Shown here in pieces: positions 38,287-48,726 of a stretch of 64,000 bases of DNA. Both the position numbers and the translations under genes were made by a program. Position 1 is the stretch's first letter; every line of letters begins with the position of its first letter. Under the pieces are notes generated by a model. That model ran no database searches. It was not told where the DNA came from and saw only the letters and a program-made list of their open reading frames with translations. The stretch is taken from assembly GCA_019419605.1 (NCBI GenBank), contig DXZP01000001.1, positions 116,153-180,152 of the forward strand. The letters run 5' to 3'. Source of the stretch: Collinsella sp. GTDB taxonomy: Bacteria > Actinomycetota > Coriobacteriia > Coriobacteriales > Coriobacteriaceae.

Positions 38287-38405
38287 GGGTGCCTTCCTAA
38301 AAATTAGTTTGGGCATACTTTGCCATAAACTACACCTGTTCGCAAATAACGAAAGCGTCGCTGCGTTATGTAGCCGTTCGGCGGCGAAAAGGTACCGATT
38401 ACGGC

Positions 38406-38471
38406 AACAAACAATTTGTTAGGTTTGTCAATCAAAAAGTGTGATAGAACAGTGCTAACAAACTTTTTGTT
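38406..38471. promoter_or_regulatory. Two palindromes AACAAA-N3-TTTGTT, candidate operators
   Basis: 38406-38420 and 38457-38471 in the divergent regulator/dpaL intergenic region. Confidence 0.6.
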
Positions 38472-38563
38472 TGGCATCCACATAAAAGTTCAGTCGCATG
38501 AATGGGAATGGGCTGAAACGCGTATGCGGGGGCCGGCAAGAGAGGACTTAAGGAGTTCACCGT

Positions 38564-39778
38564 ATGGCCGATAAGATCCAGTGGGCGGGCAACACGATGC
38601 CCAAGAGCGATGACAAGCACTTGGGAATCATGAGCCTCGACCACGTGAAGAAGGCCCGTGCCTTCCACCAGTCGTTCCCTCAATATACCGTCACTCCGCT
38701 TGCCCGTCTGGACGGTCAGGCTGCGCGCCTGGGCCTGTCCAACCTGTGCGTTAAGGACGAGAGCTATCGCTTTGGCCTCAACGCCTTTAAGGTCCTGGGC
38801 GGCTCGTTTGCCATGGCCAACTATATTGCCGACGAGACCGGCAAGGACGTTGCCGACTGCACCTTCGATTACCTGACCTCCGATCAGCTGGCCAAGGACT
38901 TTGGCCAGGCCACCTTCTTTACCGCTACCGACGGCAATCATGGCCGCGGCGTGGCATGGGCTGCCAACAAGCTGGGCCAGAAGGCCGTCGTGCACATGCC
39001 TAAGGGTTCCACCAAGCCCCGCTTCGATAACATCGCCGCCGAGGGCGCCACGGTGACCATCGAAGAGGTCAACTACGACGAGTGCGTGCGCATGGCCGCC
39101 GCCGAGGCCGACGCCTGCGAGCGCGGCGTTATCGTTCAGGACACCGCCTGGGAGGGCTACGAGAAGATCCCGTCTTGGATCATGGAGGGCTACGGCACCA
39201 TGGCTTCCGAGGCTGCCGAGCAGCTGCGCGAGATGGCCATCAATCGCCCGACGCACGTCTTTGTCCAGGCTGGCGTAGGCTCGCTCGCCGGCGCCGTGGT
39301 GGGCTACTTCACCAACCTGTATCCCGATAACCCGCCCACCTTCGTCGTGGTCGAGTGCGCACCTGCCGCCTGCCTGTACAAGGGCGCTGCCGCCGGCGAC
39401 GGCGATCCGCGCATCGTGGACGGCGACATGCCCTCCATTATGGCCGGCCTGTGCTGCGGCGAGCCCAACATCCTGGGCTGGGATATCCTGCGCAACCACA
39501 CCACCGCTTTTGTGTCCTGCCCCGACTGGGTCACCGCTCGCGGCATGCGAACCCTGGGAGCTCCCGAGAAGGGCGACCCGCGCGTCATCTCCGGCGAGTC
39601 CGGCGCGGTGACCACCGGCCTGGTCGAGACCCTCATGCTCGATCCCGAGTACGCCGAGCTCAAGGAGCTCATCGGCCTGGATAAGACGAGCTCCGTGCTC
39701 TGCTTCTCCACGGAAGGTGACACGGACCCCGACCAGTATCGCCGCATCGTCTGGGAAGGCGAATACCCCACTTGCTAA
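38564..39778 (+). CDS. dpaL: Diaminopropionate ammonia-lyase (YgeX)
   Basis: KDESYRFGLNAFKVLG PLP lysine motif, ATDGNHGRG, QDTAWEGY, GESG, STEGDTDP. Confidence 0.95.
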   Translation: MADKIQWAGNTMPKSDDKHLGIMSLDHVKKARAFHQSFPQYTVTPLARLDGQAARLGLSNLCVKDESYRFGLNAFKVLGGSFAMANYIADETGKDVADCTFDYLTSDQLAKDFGQATFFTATDGNHGRGVAWAANKLGQKAVVHMPKGSTKPRFDNIAAEGATVTIEEVNYDECVRMAAAEADACERGVIVQDTAWEGYEKIPSWIMEGYGTMASEAAEQLREMAINRPTHVFVQAGVGSLAGAVVGYFTNLYPDNPPTFVVVECAPAACLYKGAAAGDGDPRIVDGDMPSIMAGLCCGEPNILGWDILRNHTTAFVSCPDWVTARGMRTLGAPEKGDPRVISGESGAVTTGLVETLMLDPEYAELKELIGLDKTSSVLCFSTEGDTDPDQYRRIVWEGEYPTC

Positions 39779-39850
39779 TACTGGGCGGAGTAAATAGGTA
39801 TCGCTCCGCCACCTCACAGGTAGATTCCTTCGTTTGAAAGGTTATGAACA

Positions 39851-41236
39851 ATGGCTAAAGAACTCGATTTCGACGCTATCAAGGCTGCTGCTGAGTCCCA
39901 CCGTGCTGATATGACTCGCTTCCTGCGTGCCATGATCTCCCACCCCTCTGAGTCTTGCGAGGAGGGTGAGGTTGTCGCCTGCATCAAGGCCGAGATGGAG
40001 AGCCTCGGCTATGACGAGGTCAAGGTCGATGGCTTGGGTAACGTCATGGGCTTTATGGGCGAGGGCGACAAGATCATCGCCATCGACTCTCACATCGACA
40101 CCGTCGGCATCGGCAACATCGAGAACTGGGATGCCGATCCCTATGAGGGCTACGAGACCGACGAGATCATCTACGGCCGCGGCGGCTCCGACCAGGAGGG
40201 TGGCATGGCTTCTGCTACCTACGCTGCCAAGATGATGAAGGACATGGGCCTCATCCCCGAGGGCTACAAGATCATGGTCGTCGGCACCGTCCAGGAAGAG
40301 GACTGCGACGGCATGTGCTGGCAGTACATCTACAACAAGGACGGCATTAAGCCCGAGTTCGTCATTTCCACCGAGCCCACCGACGGCGGCATCTATCGCG
40401 GTCACCGCGGCCGCATGGAGATCCGCGTCGACGTTCACGGCACCTCCTGCCACGGCTCCGCTCCCGACCGCGGCGACAACGCTATCTACAAGATGGCCGA
40501 CATCATCGCCGACGTCCGCGCCCTCAACAACAACGGCTGCGACGAGTCGACCGACATCAAGGGCCTCGTCAAGATGCTCGACCCCAAGTACAACCCCGAG
40601 CACTTTGAGGATGCCCGCTTCCTGGGTCGCGGCACCTGCACCGTCAGCCAGATCTTCTACACCAGCCCCAGCCGCTGCGCTGTCGCTGACTCCTGCGCCA
40701 TCTCCATCGACCGTCGTATGACCGCCGGCGAGACCTGGGAGTCCTGCCTGGACGAGATCCGCAACCTGCCGGCCGCCAAGAAGTACGGCGACGACGTGAA
40801 GGTCTCCATGTACATGTACGACCGTCCGTCCTGGACCGGCGAGGTCTACGAGACCGAGGCTTACTTCCCCACGTGGATCAACAAGGAGACCGCTCCGCAC
40901 GTCAAGGCCCTCGTCGACGCTCACAAGGCCATGTTCGGTGACGAGCGCATCGGCTGCGAGCCCAGCATGGACAAGCGCACCGGTCGTCCGCTGTGCGACA
41001 AGTGGACCTTCTCCACGAACTGCGTTTCCATCCAGGGCCGCTATGGCATCCCCTGCGTCGGCTTTGGCCCGGGTGCCGAGTCTCAGGCTCATGCTCCCAA
41101 CGAGGTCACCTACAAGGACGACCTGGTCACCGCTGCCGCCATGTATGTGGCTGCCCTGAACCTCTACGATCCGAGCCAGGCCGATGGCGACGCTACCGTG
41201 TTCCGCGCTGGTCTGACCAACAACAAGATCGACTAG
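39851..41236 (+). CDS. ygeY: YgeY family M20 hydrolase
   Basis: [43 protein letters not shown]. Confidence 0.93.
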   Translation: MAKELDFDAIKAAAESHRADMTRFLRAMISHPSESCEEGEVVACIKAEMESLGYDEVKVDGLGNVMGFMGEGDKIIAIDSHIDTVGIGNIENWDADPYEGYETDEIIYGRGGSDQEGGMASATYAAKMMKDMGLIPEGYKIMVVGTVQEEDCDGMCWQYIYNKDGIKPEFVISTEPTDGGIYRGHRGRMEIRVDVHGTSCHGSAPDRGDNAIYKMADIIADVRALNNNGCDESTDIKGLVKMLDPKYNPEHFEDARFLGRGTCTVSQIFYTSPSRCAVADSCAISIDRRMTAGETWESCLDEIRNLPAAKKYGDDVKVSMYMYDRPSWTGEVYETEAYFPTWINKETAPHVKALVDAHKAMFGDERIGCEPSMDKRTGRPLCDKWTFSTNCVSIQGRYGIPCVGFGPGAESQAHAPNEVTYKDDLVTAAAMYVAALNLYDPSQADGDATVFRAGLTNNKID

Positions 41237-41437
41237 TCCCATTCCTTGATCTTGTTGAGCCGGGGACAGCCTGTGTCCCCGGCACCCCCTGTTGACTTGG
41301 GGCCCGCGGTCGTTATCTCCCATGCTTCCTCAACGGTAGCGGGTCCTCGTCATAGCGCTCTGCATGTTCTAGCCACACGCGCATGCCGGAGCACATCTAC
41401 TCATTGCGATCGTTTCATCTTTGGAAAGGATATTTAC

Positions 41438-42640
41438 ATGGACGCTAAGTTTACCGAGCTCGTCGAGCAGCTGAACGGCCTCGATTTTAAGGGTATGTAC
41501 GGCAGCGACTTCCTGCACACCTGGGATAAGACCACCGATGAGCTCAAGGCGCTCTACATCGTCGCCGACGCCCTGCGCGAGCTGCGCGAGAACAACGTTT
41601 CGTCCAAGATTTTCGACTCTGGTCTGGCCGTCTCCCTGTTCCGCGACAACTCCACCCGTACGCGTTTCTCCTTCTCTAAGGCCGCCAACCTGCTCGGCCT
41701 TGAGCTGCAGGACCTGGACGAGAAGAAGTCCCAGATCGCTCACGGCGAGACCGTCCGCGAGACCGCTACCATGATCTCCTTCATGGCTGACGTCATCGGC
41801 ATCCGCGATGACATGTACATCGGCAAGGGCGACGCCTACATGGCCGAGGTCTCCGAGTCTGTCCAGCAGGCCTACGAGGACGGCGTTCTGGATCACCGTC
41901 CCACGCTCATCTCCTTGCAGTCCGACTCCGATCACCCCACGCAGTCCTCTGCCGACATGCTCTACCTCATCAACGAGTTTGGCGGTCTTGAGAACCTCAA
42001 GGGCAAAAAGGTTGCCGTCACCTGGGCCTACTCGCCCTCTTACGGCAAGCCGCTGTCCTGCCCGCAGTCGCTGATCAGCCTGCTGCCCCGTTTTGGCATG
42101 GACGTCACCTTGGCCCACCCCGAGGGCTACGACCTCATGCCCGAGGTCGTCGAGCGCGCCAAGGGTTATGCCGCCGAGTCCGGCACCACCTTTAAGCAGG
42201 TCAACACCATGGCCGAGGCCTTCGAGGGCGCCGACATCGTGATCCCGAAGAGCTGGGCTCCGTTTGCCGCCATGGAGAAGCGCACCAACCTGTACGCCGA
42301 GGGCGACGACGCCGGCATCGCTGCACTCGAAAAGGAGCTGCTCGCTCAGAACGCTACGCATCAGGATTGGTGCTCCTCGACCGAGCTCATGGAGAAGACC
42401 GCCAACGGCCAGGACACCATCTTTATGCATCCGCTGCCCGCCGACATCTCCGGTGTCTCTTGCGAGCACGGCGAGGTCAACGCCGACGTCTTCGACATGC
42501 ACCGCGTGGGCATGTACAAGGAGGCCAGCTACAAGCCGTACGCCATCGCAGCCATGATGTTCCTGCAGAAGGTTGCCGATCCCGCCGCTACCCTCAAGGC
42601 CCTCGACGAGCGAAACACCGCCCGTTGGTTCCAGGCCTAA
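41438..42640 (+). CDS. ygeW: Knotted carbamoyltransferase YgeW
   Basis: FRDNSTRTRFSF, DHPTQ, WAYSPSYGKPLS, PKSW, MHPLPAD. Confidence 0.93.
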   Translation: MDAKFTELVEQLNGLDFKGMYGSDFLHTWDKTTDELKALYIVADALRELRENNVSSKIFDSGLAVSLFRDNSTRTRFSFSKAANLLGLELQDLDEKKSQIAHGETVRETATMISFMADVIGIRDDMYIGKGDAYMAEVSESVQQAYEDGVLDHRPTLISLQSDSDHPTQSSADMLYLINEFGGLENLKGKKVAVTWAYSPSYGKPLSCPQSLISLLPRFGMDVTLAHPEGYDLMPEVVERAKGYAAESGTTFKQVNTMAEAFEGADIVIPKSWAPFAAMEKRTNLYAEGDDAGIAALEKELLAQNATHQDWCSSTELMEKTANGQDTIFMHPLPADISGVSCEHGEVNADVFDMHRVGMYKEASYKPYAIAAMMFLQKVADPAATLKALDERNTARWFQA

Positions 42641-42663
42641 AGCTGGGTTGAGGTAAGCCATGT

Positions 42664-42702
42664 AAAGGGGGCGCTCTGCCAACCGGCGGGGTGCCCCTTT
42701 TT
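42664..42702 (+). terminator. Intrinsic terminator after ygeW
   Basis: GGGGCGCTCTGCC-aacc-GGCGGGGTGCCCC-TTTTT. Confidence 0.8.
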
Positions 42703-42789
42703 GCATCGCGGGCGTGCGGGATAAGCGTTTTCGATGTGGATGCCCGCGGCGCGAGTTATGGGTACGATGGTTTCAGGGGAGGTATCACC

Positions 42790-43404
42790 ATGAAACTTGG
42801 TTGCGTCATTATGGCTTCGGGCGAGGGCAAGCGGTTTGGCTCTAACAAGATGCTTGCCGATATCTATGGCGAGCCGCTAATTGCCCGGACCATCGATTCG
42901 GTTCCCCGGGGCTTTGACGTCGTGGTTTCGACGCGTTGGCCCGAGGTCGCCCAGATTTGCGAGGACAAGCATTGCCCGTGCGTGCTGCACGATGGCGAGC
43001 TGCGCAGCGAAAGCGTCCGTGCGGGCCTTTCGTGGGGAGTCGAACGCAACTGGAAAGGTTGCCTCTTTTTGCCGGGCGACCAGCCGCTCGTGAGTTCGGA
43101 TTCTTTTGAGGCTATGGTTCGTGCATTTGACGAGCGTGGCCGCAAGCATCCGGTGCGTCTTGCGTGCAACGGTGAGCCTTCGAGCCCGGTGCTCTTTCCG
43201 GCGGAACTGTTCGATGCGCTTATGTGTCTTGAGGGCAAGGACGGCGGCGGTTCGATCCTCAAAGACCGTATTGACGTGGTGCTGGTCGAGGCGCGTGCCT
43301 ACGAGCTGTGGGACGTCGATACCGCCAAGGGACAGCGACGCATAGCGGAGCATATCGCCGCCTGCTCGTATTTTGATCGCGTGGCCAACTGCATCAATCA
43401 ATAA
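42790..43404 (+). CDS. MocA/MobA-like molybdopterin nucleotidyltransferase
   Basis: MASGEGKRFGSNKML, LPGDQP, PVLF, GKDGG, DVDT. Confidence 0.85.
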   Translation: MKLGCVIMASGEGKRFGSNKMLADIYGEPLIARTIDSVPRGFDVVVSTRWPEVAQICEDKHCPCVLHDGELRSESVRAGLSWGVERNWKGCLFLPGDQPLVSSDSFEAMVRAFDERGRKHPVRLACNGEPSSPVLFPAELFDALMCLEGKDGGGSILKDRIDVVLVEARAYELWDVDTAKGQRRIAEHIAACSYFDRVANCINQ

Positions 43405-43413
43405 GGAGCAATT

Positions 43414-44811
43414 ATGATCATCATCAAAAACGGCGCGCTCGTGACGCCACAGGGGCTTCGCCGCGCCGATCTTGCCATGGATGGCGATAAGATCGTGCGG
43501 ATCGCCGCGGCGATTGAGCTGGCTGAGGGCGATACCGTCGAGGATGCCGCGGGCTGCTGGGTGTTTCCCGGCTTCATCGACGGCCACACGCACATGCAGT
43601 GCTGGACCGGCATGGATTGGACGGCCGATAGCTTTGAGACCGGCACGCGCGCGGCCGCCTGCGGCGGCACGACGACCATCGTGGACTACGCGACGGCCGA
43701 TCGCGGCGTGACCATGCCCGATGCCTTGGCCGAGTGGCATCGCCGCGCCGACGGAACCTGCACGGCCAACTACGCCTTTCATATGGCACTCGCCGAGTGG
43801 AACGAGCGCAACCGCGCCGATCTCTCGGCCATGCGCGAGGCGGGCGTGTCGTCGTTCAAGACCTACTTTGCCTACGATCATTTGCGCCTGGACGATGCCG
43901 AGACGCTCGAGGTGCTCGAGGAGCTCAAGTATATTGGCGGCATACTGTGCGTGCATTGCGAGAACGGCACGCTGGTGAATGAGCTGCAGAAGCGCGTGTT
44001 TGAACAGGGTATCCACGGGCCCGAGGGCCATGCGCTCAGCCGTCCGGACGTGTGCGAGGCCGAGGCCGTGGGCCGTCTGCTATATCTGGCGCACCTGGCC
44101 GGCGACGCACCGGTCAACGTGGTGCACCTTTCGACCAAGTTGGGGCTCGAGGCCATCCGTGCCGCCAAGGCGCGCGGGCAGAAGAACATCTATGTCGAGA
44201 CCTGCCCTCAGTATCTGATGCTCGACGATACTTGCTACTTGGAGCAGGGCGAGGACGGCTTTGCGGGTGCCAAGTATGTGATGAGCCCGCCGCTGCGCCA
44301 TGCCGGCGACCGTGCGGCTCTGCGCGAGGCGCTTGTGGCCGGCGAGATCGATACGATTGCGACCGACCACTGCAGCTTTAACCTGCACGGGCAAAAGGAC
44401 CGCGGACGCGACGATTTCCGCGCGATTCCCAACGGCGGGCCCGGCGTGGAGCATCGTCCCGTCGCGATTGCCACGAGCTTTGAGGGGCAGCTGGGCCCCG
44501 AGGACCTCTGTCGCCTGATGAGCGAGAACCCGGCGCGCGTGTTTGGCATGTACCCGCGCAAGGGCTGTCTTGCCGAGGGCTCCGATGCCGACGTGTGCGT
44601 GTGGGATCCCCAGGCGCGCTGGACCATTCGCGCGGCGACGCAGCATCAGGCTGTGGACTACACGCCGCTCGAGGGTTTTGAGGCGCATGGCCGCGCCAAG
44701 GCCGTCTACGTCAACGGCGTGCTGGCGGCGCGCGACGGCGAGCCCACCGGAGCCCAGCCCGGTCGCTACGTGCCCGCTAACAGGGCTACCCCTGGAGGCT
44801 GGTGGCGATGA
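43414..44811 (+). CDS. hydA: Dihydropyrimidinase/hydantoinase (HyuA-like)
   Basis: PGFIDGHTH, GGTTT, SFKTY, VHCENG, ETCPQY, TDHCSF, GSDAD. Confidence 0.9.
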   Translation: MIIIKNGALVTPQGLRRADLAMDGDKIVRIAAAIELAEGDTVEDAAGCWVFPGFIDGHTHMQCWTGMDWTADSFETGTRAAACGGTTTIVDYATADRGVTMPDALAEWHRRADGTCTANYAFHMALAEWNERNRADLSAMREAGVSSFKTYFAYDHLRLDDAETLEVLEELKYIGGILCVHCENGTLVNELQKRVFEQGIHGPEGHALSRPDVCEAEAVGRLLYLAHLAGDAPVNVVHLSTKLGLEAIRAAKARGQKNIYVETCPQYLMLDDTCYLEQGEDGFAGAKYVMSPPLRHAGDRAALREALVAGEIDTIATDHCSFNLHGQKDRGRDDFRAIPNGGPGVEHRPVAIATSFEGQLGPEDLCRLMSENPARVFGMYPRKGCLAEGSDADVCVWDPQARWTIRAATQHQAVDYTPLEGFEAHGRAKAVYVNGVLAARDGEPTGAQPGRYVPANRATPGGWWR

Positions 44812-45523
44812 CGGGGCGGCCGAGGGCGGCCTCGAAGCGGTCGGCCATCGTGGGGTCGCTGAGCGTGTCGACTTGGTTGAGCATGACGCGTGCGGTGCTG
44901 AGTTCCAGCGCCTGCATCTCGGCATTGAGCACCTGGGCGACGCGCTCGGGTGTAGCGATGACGGTGAGCTCGCAGCCGCAACGTTCGCAAAAGAGCTCGG
45001 GACGGTGGACGGCTTCGTTGATGGGCTTGCCGAGCCCCGAGGCGCCGACGATCCAGACGATGTTGGCCGTGCCAGAGGGAATCACCGGCTCCCAGGCGGC
45101 GTGCGCCTTGAGCGGGAGCCGCTTGCTGCCGTCCGCCTCGACCAACACATAGTCAAAGCGCTGCGCCAGCTCGCCGAGCGGCTCGGCGGGGGCGGAGAGC
45201 TTGCCTGTCTCCGGGTCCAAGACGCCTGCCTGGCAGATGCTTCCGCGCGCAAGGCCCGCGCATGCCTCGCAGGTGCAGCCGGGAACATGTAGGGCCCTCG
45301 GCTTCCAAGGTGCGGCGTCCAGGCGACGGCTCGACCCGTCCCATGGCACGCCGGCAACGGGAAGCATATGCGTGGTGGTGCAGAGGAGCACGCGGCCGCC
45401 AGCGCGCATAAGCTCAAGGCCGAGCGTCTTTAGCAAGGTCGACTTGCCGCCGCTGCCGATAATCGCGGTAATGCCCGGCTCGATCTTGAGCGCGGAGACA
45501 AGGTTTCCGCCTGTCGTTTCCAT
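44786..45523 (-). CDS. yqeC: Selenium cofactor biosynthesis protein YqeC
   Basis: GSGGKST, TTTHM, VEADGSKRLPLK..A.WEPVIP, HRPE. Confidence 0.88.
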   Translation of the reverse strand: METTGGNLVSALKIEPGITAIIGSGGKSTLLKTLGLELMRAGGRVLLCTTTHMLPVAGVPWDGSSRRLDAAPWKPRALHVPGCTCEACAGLARGSICQAGVLDPETGKLSAPAEPLGELAQRFDYVLVEADGSKRLPLKAHAAWEPVIPSGTANIVWIVGASGLGKPINEAVHRPELFCERCGCELTVIATPERVAQVLNAEMQALELSTARVMLNQVDTLSDPTMADRFEAALGRPVIATSLQG

Positions 45524-45625
45524 CTGTTCACCGCCGTATAATACTGTGATAATAAATAATCATCAGAGTAGCGGTCGAACCGCTTTTGCTCTGCTCAAAC
45601 CGTAGCACAGGGAGGTGCCCCGGGA

Positions 45626-46420
45626 ATGCTCGTTTATGTTCGCGGCGCCGGCGATATCGCCACGGGCGTCGCCGCTCGCTTGGTGCGCGCCGGCGTGTCG
45701 GTTGTCATGGCCGATATCGCGGTTCCCACGTGCATCCGCCGCACAATCTGTTTTTGTGAAGCCATTCGCCTGGGCGAGGTCCAGGTCGAAGGCATTCGCG
45801 CTCGCTTGGCACAGACGGCGGCTGAGGCGCTTGCGATTACCGAGGCTGGAGACGTCGCCGTTGTGGTGGACCCCCAGGCCAAAATGCTCGGCGAACTGAA
45901 ACCTGCTGCCGTGGTCGACGCGATTTTGGCTAAGCGCAACTTGGGCACCACGCGCGATATGGCGCCTGTCGTCATCGCCGTGGGGCCGGGCTTTACCGCG
46001 CCGGTCGATTGCGACGCTGTGGTCGAGACCATGCGCGGTCATTTTCTCGGCCGCGTCATCACCCAGGGCTCGCCCCAGCCCAATACGGGCGTGCCGGGTG
46101 TCATCGCCGGCTATGGCAAGGAGCGCGTTATCCACAGCCCCGCCGCCGGCGTGTTTAGGTCCGACCGCGCGATCGGCGACATCGTGAGTGCCGGCGACGT
46201 GATCGGGTATGCGGGTGATACTCCCATGGTCACGCAGATTGACGGCTGCTTGCGCGGCCTTTTGGCCGACGGCGTTCAGGTGACCGAGGGCTTTAAATGC
46301 GCCGATGTCGACCCGCGCGGTGACGCCAGCTACATCAACTATATTTCGGACAAGGCGACATCGGTCGGCGGCGGCGTGCTCGAGGCGCTCGCCATGCTCA
46401 CCGACGTTTTTAGGGGATAG
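45626..46420 (+). CDS. yqeB: Selenium-dependent molybdenum hydroxylase system protein YqeB
   Basis: RGAGDIATG, DAILAKRNLGT, GPGF, ETMRGH.LG, DVDPR, SDKA..VGGGVLEA. Confidence 0.92.
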   Translation: MLVYVRGAGDIATGVAARLVRAGVSVVMADIAVPTCIRRTICFCEAIRLGEVQVEGIRARLAQTAAEALAITEAGDVAVVVDPQAKMLGELKPAAVVDAILAKRNLGTTRDMAPVVIAVGPGFTAPVDCDAVVETMRGHFLGRVITQGSPQPNTGVPGVIAGYGKERVIHSPAAGVFRSDRAIGDIVSAGDVIGYAGDTPMVTQIDGCLRGLLADGVQVTEGFKCADVDPRGDASYINYISDKATSVGGGVLEALAMLTDVFRG

Positions 46421-46429
46421 GAAGCGACG

Positions 46430-47473
46430 ATGGAAAAGCTCGATGTGGTGAATGCTGCGCTTGGCGCTTTGAAGGCTGGTAAGACGTGCGAGCTCGTGGT
46501 CGTGGCCGGCACGGCGGGGTCGTCGCCGCGCGGCGTGGGCGCATGGATGGTCGTCTTTGCCGACGGTAGCCAGGCGGGCACCATCGGCGGCGGCAAAATC
46601 GAGCTCTTTTCGCTGGGCGAGGCTCACGAGCTGCTGGCCGCGGGGCAGTCACGCCTGGTCCGCTACACCATGGGCGGGGAGAACTCCGATACCGGCATGA
46701 TCTGCGGCGGAGCCATCTGCCTGTGCTATCTGCATCTGGACGCGACCCAGGCGCCATTGTTCCAGGAGATTGCCGATGTCTTGGCGTATCGACGCATCGG
46801 CGACTTCGTCATCGACTTTGAGCCGTTTATCGCAAGCGCGCTCGAAAGCGACGCTGCCGAATACCATGGCGAGGAGTCGCGCCGCACCATTGTAGGTTGC
46901 CCTGGGCTTTCGCTGACGGAAGAGGGGAGTAAGGTCACCTACACCAATGCCGCCTCCGAGATTCCTCCCGCGCACATCGAGACACTCTGCCCCGAGGGCC
47001 TGACCTACATCTTTGGCTGCGGGCACGTGGGCGCCGCGACGGCTCGCGTACTAACGGCGGCGGGCTTTGCTGTCGTGGCCTGCGACGATCGCCCCGGCAC
47101 GTTGACGCCCGAATGGGTGCCCGGTGTCTACGACCGTCGCCTGGTCGACTACAAGAGCCTGAGCGAGCTGTGCCCCATCGGCCCGCGCGACTTGGTGGTC
47201 GTGGCCACAGCAGGCCACAAGTCCGATATCGACGTGGTGATTCAGGCCATGCGCGCCAAGCCCGCCTATCTGGGCTGTCTGGGCTCGCGTCGCAAGACGG
47301 CCTTTGTGCGGGCCCGCTTGGAGCAGGAGGGCTTTACGCAGGAACAGATCGACGGGTTGCACCTGCCGATCGGCGTTGCCATTCAGGCGGAGGACCCCGA
47401 GGAGATCGCTATCTCCATCGCCGCCGAGATGATTCACCTGCGCCGTACCAAGCTCGTCCCCCGCAAGCGCTAA
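46430..47473 (+). CDS. XdhC/CoxI family molybdoenzyme maturation factor
   Basis: GSSPRGVGA, GTIGGG, MICGG, IFGCGHVG, YLGCLGSRRK, PEEIAISIAAE. Confidence 0.9.
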   Translation: MEKLDVVNAALGALKAGKTCELVVVAGTAGSSPRGVGAWMVVFADGSQAGTIGGGKIELFSLGEAHELLAAGQSRLVRYTMGGENSDTGMICGGAICLCYLHLDATQAPLFQEIADVLAYRRIGDFVIDFEPFIASALESDAAEYHGEESRRTIVGCPGLSLTEEGSKVTYTNAASEIPPAHIETLCPEGLTYIFGCGHVGAATARVLTAAGFAVVACDDRPGTLTPEWVPGVYDRRLVDYKSLSELCPIGPRDLVVVATAGHKSDIDVVIQAMRAKPAYLGCLGSRRKTAFVRARLEQEGFTQEQIDGLHLPIGVAIQAEDPEEIAISIAAEMIHLRRTKLVPRKR

Positions 47474-47490
47474 TCGCATCCCCATATATG

Positions 47491-47564
47491 AGTTGCGGTG
47501 GAATACGGACTGTTTAAGCCTTCTAAACCGTCAAACAGTCCCTATTTCACCGCAACTGCTTTTT
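47491..47564. terminator. Long 25-bp hairpin followed by T-run
   Basis: AGTTGCGGTGGAATACGGACTGTTT / AAACAGTCCCTATTTCACCGCAACT, then GCTTTTT. Confidence 0.65.
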
Positions 47565-47784
47565 GGGACCCATTTGTGCGGGGGAGTTGTGGAGTTGTGC
47601 AGGCAGACGAGGTTTTTCTGGAAAAACGCTCCCGATGCGCGTATAGTACCGATTGTTTTGTCGGCTCCTGCTGTGTCGAGTCCAAACCGCGTAATGCCAT
47701 GAGCGGCGCGGATGCAGCCAGGAGGCACGAGGACAACCCATCGTGGCCACGCCCCGTGCTTAAAACCCCAAGAAGGAGTGAACA

Positions 47785-48342
47785 ATGGCAGAAGAGAAGT
47801 ATGTGCCGCGTCTGAAGACCAAGTACAACAACGAGGTCAAGCAGCAGCTTCAGGACAAGTTCCAGTACGAGAACGTCATGATGATCCCCAAGTTTGAGAA
47901 GATCGTCGTGAACATGGGTGTCGGCGAGGCCGCTACCGATTCCAAGGCCATCGACGGTGCCGTGCGCGACCTGCGCGCCATCACCGGCCAGCAGCCGATG
48001 ATTACCCGTGCCCGCAAGTCCATCGCTACCTTCCGCCTGCGCGCTGGTATGCCGATCGGCTGCAAGGTTACCCTGCGTGGCGACCGTATGTGGGAGTTCT
48101 TCGATCGCCTGACCTCCGTCGCGATCCCCCGTATCCGCGACTTCCGCGGCATCTCCGCCAAGAGCTTCGACGGCCGTGGTAACTTCTCCATGGGCGTCAC
48201 CGAGCAGCTCATCTTCCCCGAGATTGACTTCGACTCCGTCGATCACCAGCGTGGTATGGACATCACTTTCGTGACCACTGCCAACACCGATGAGGAGGCC
48301 AAGGCCCTTCTGGACGCCTTCGGTTTCCCGTTCAAGAAATAG
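47785..48342 (+). CDS. rplE: 50S ribosomal protein L5
   Basis: [29 protein letters not shown]. Confidence 0.98.
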   Translation: MAEEKYVPRLKTKYNNEVKQQLQDKFQYENVMMIPKFEKIVVNMGVGEAATDSKAIDGAVRDLRAITGQQPMITRARKSIATFRLRAGMPIGCKVTLRGDRMWEFFDRLTSVAIPRIRDFRGISAKSFDGRGNFSMGVTEQLIFPEIDFDSVDHQRGMDITFVTTANTDEEAKALLDAFGFPFKK

Positions 48343-48421
48343 GTTCACCTGCCCTATGAGCGCCGTTCCCAGAAGGGGGCGGCGCTTGGGGCGAACAATA
48401 CTCTATGTGAGGAGGATATAA

Positions 48422-48607
48422 GTGGCTAAGACATCGATGATCGTCAAGTGCAATCGCAAGCAGAAGTTCTCTACTCGTGAGTACACGCGCTGCCAGCGCT
48501 GCGGCCGTCCGCACTCTGTGTACCGCAAGTTCGGCCTGTGCCGTGTCTGCTTCCGCGAGCTTGCACTCAAGGGCGAGCTTCCCGGCGTTAAGAAGGCCAG
48601 CTGGTAA
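48422..48607 (+). CDS. rpsN: 30S ribosomal protein S14 (Zn-binding type Z)
   Basis: RCQRCGRP...LCRVCFR...GVKKASW. Confidence 0.97.
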   Translation: MAKTSMIVKCNRKQKFSTREYTRCQRCGRPHSVYRKFGLCRVCFRELALKGELPGVKKASW

Positions 48608-48726
48608 GTCACTACCAGCGTTTCAAGCATCCGTTTGGAACAGGGAAAACGCGCTAGTTAGGCTTTGCCGTTAAGGGCGGCGAAGAACCAAGAGCACGTG
48701 TTCATCAAGAACGAAGGAGAATCTGT

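Noticed and set aside
44786..44811. 26-bp 3' overlap of convergent hydA and yqeC
   Set aside because: Short convergent overlaps are common and need no special explanation.
8952..47473. Selenocysteine (in-frame UGA) in the selenium-linked genes
   Set aside because: All these ORFs are full length without internal TGA; yqeB/yqeC indicate a labile Se cofactor instead.
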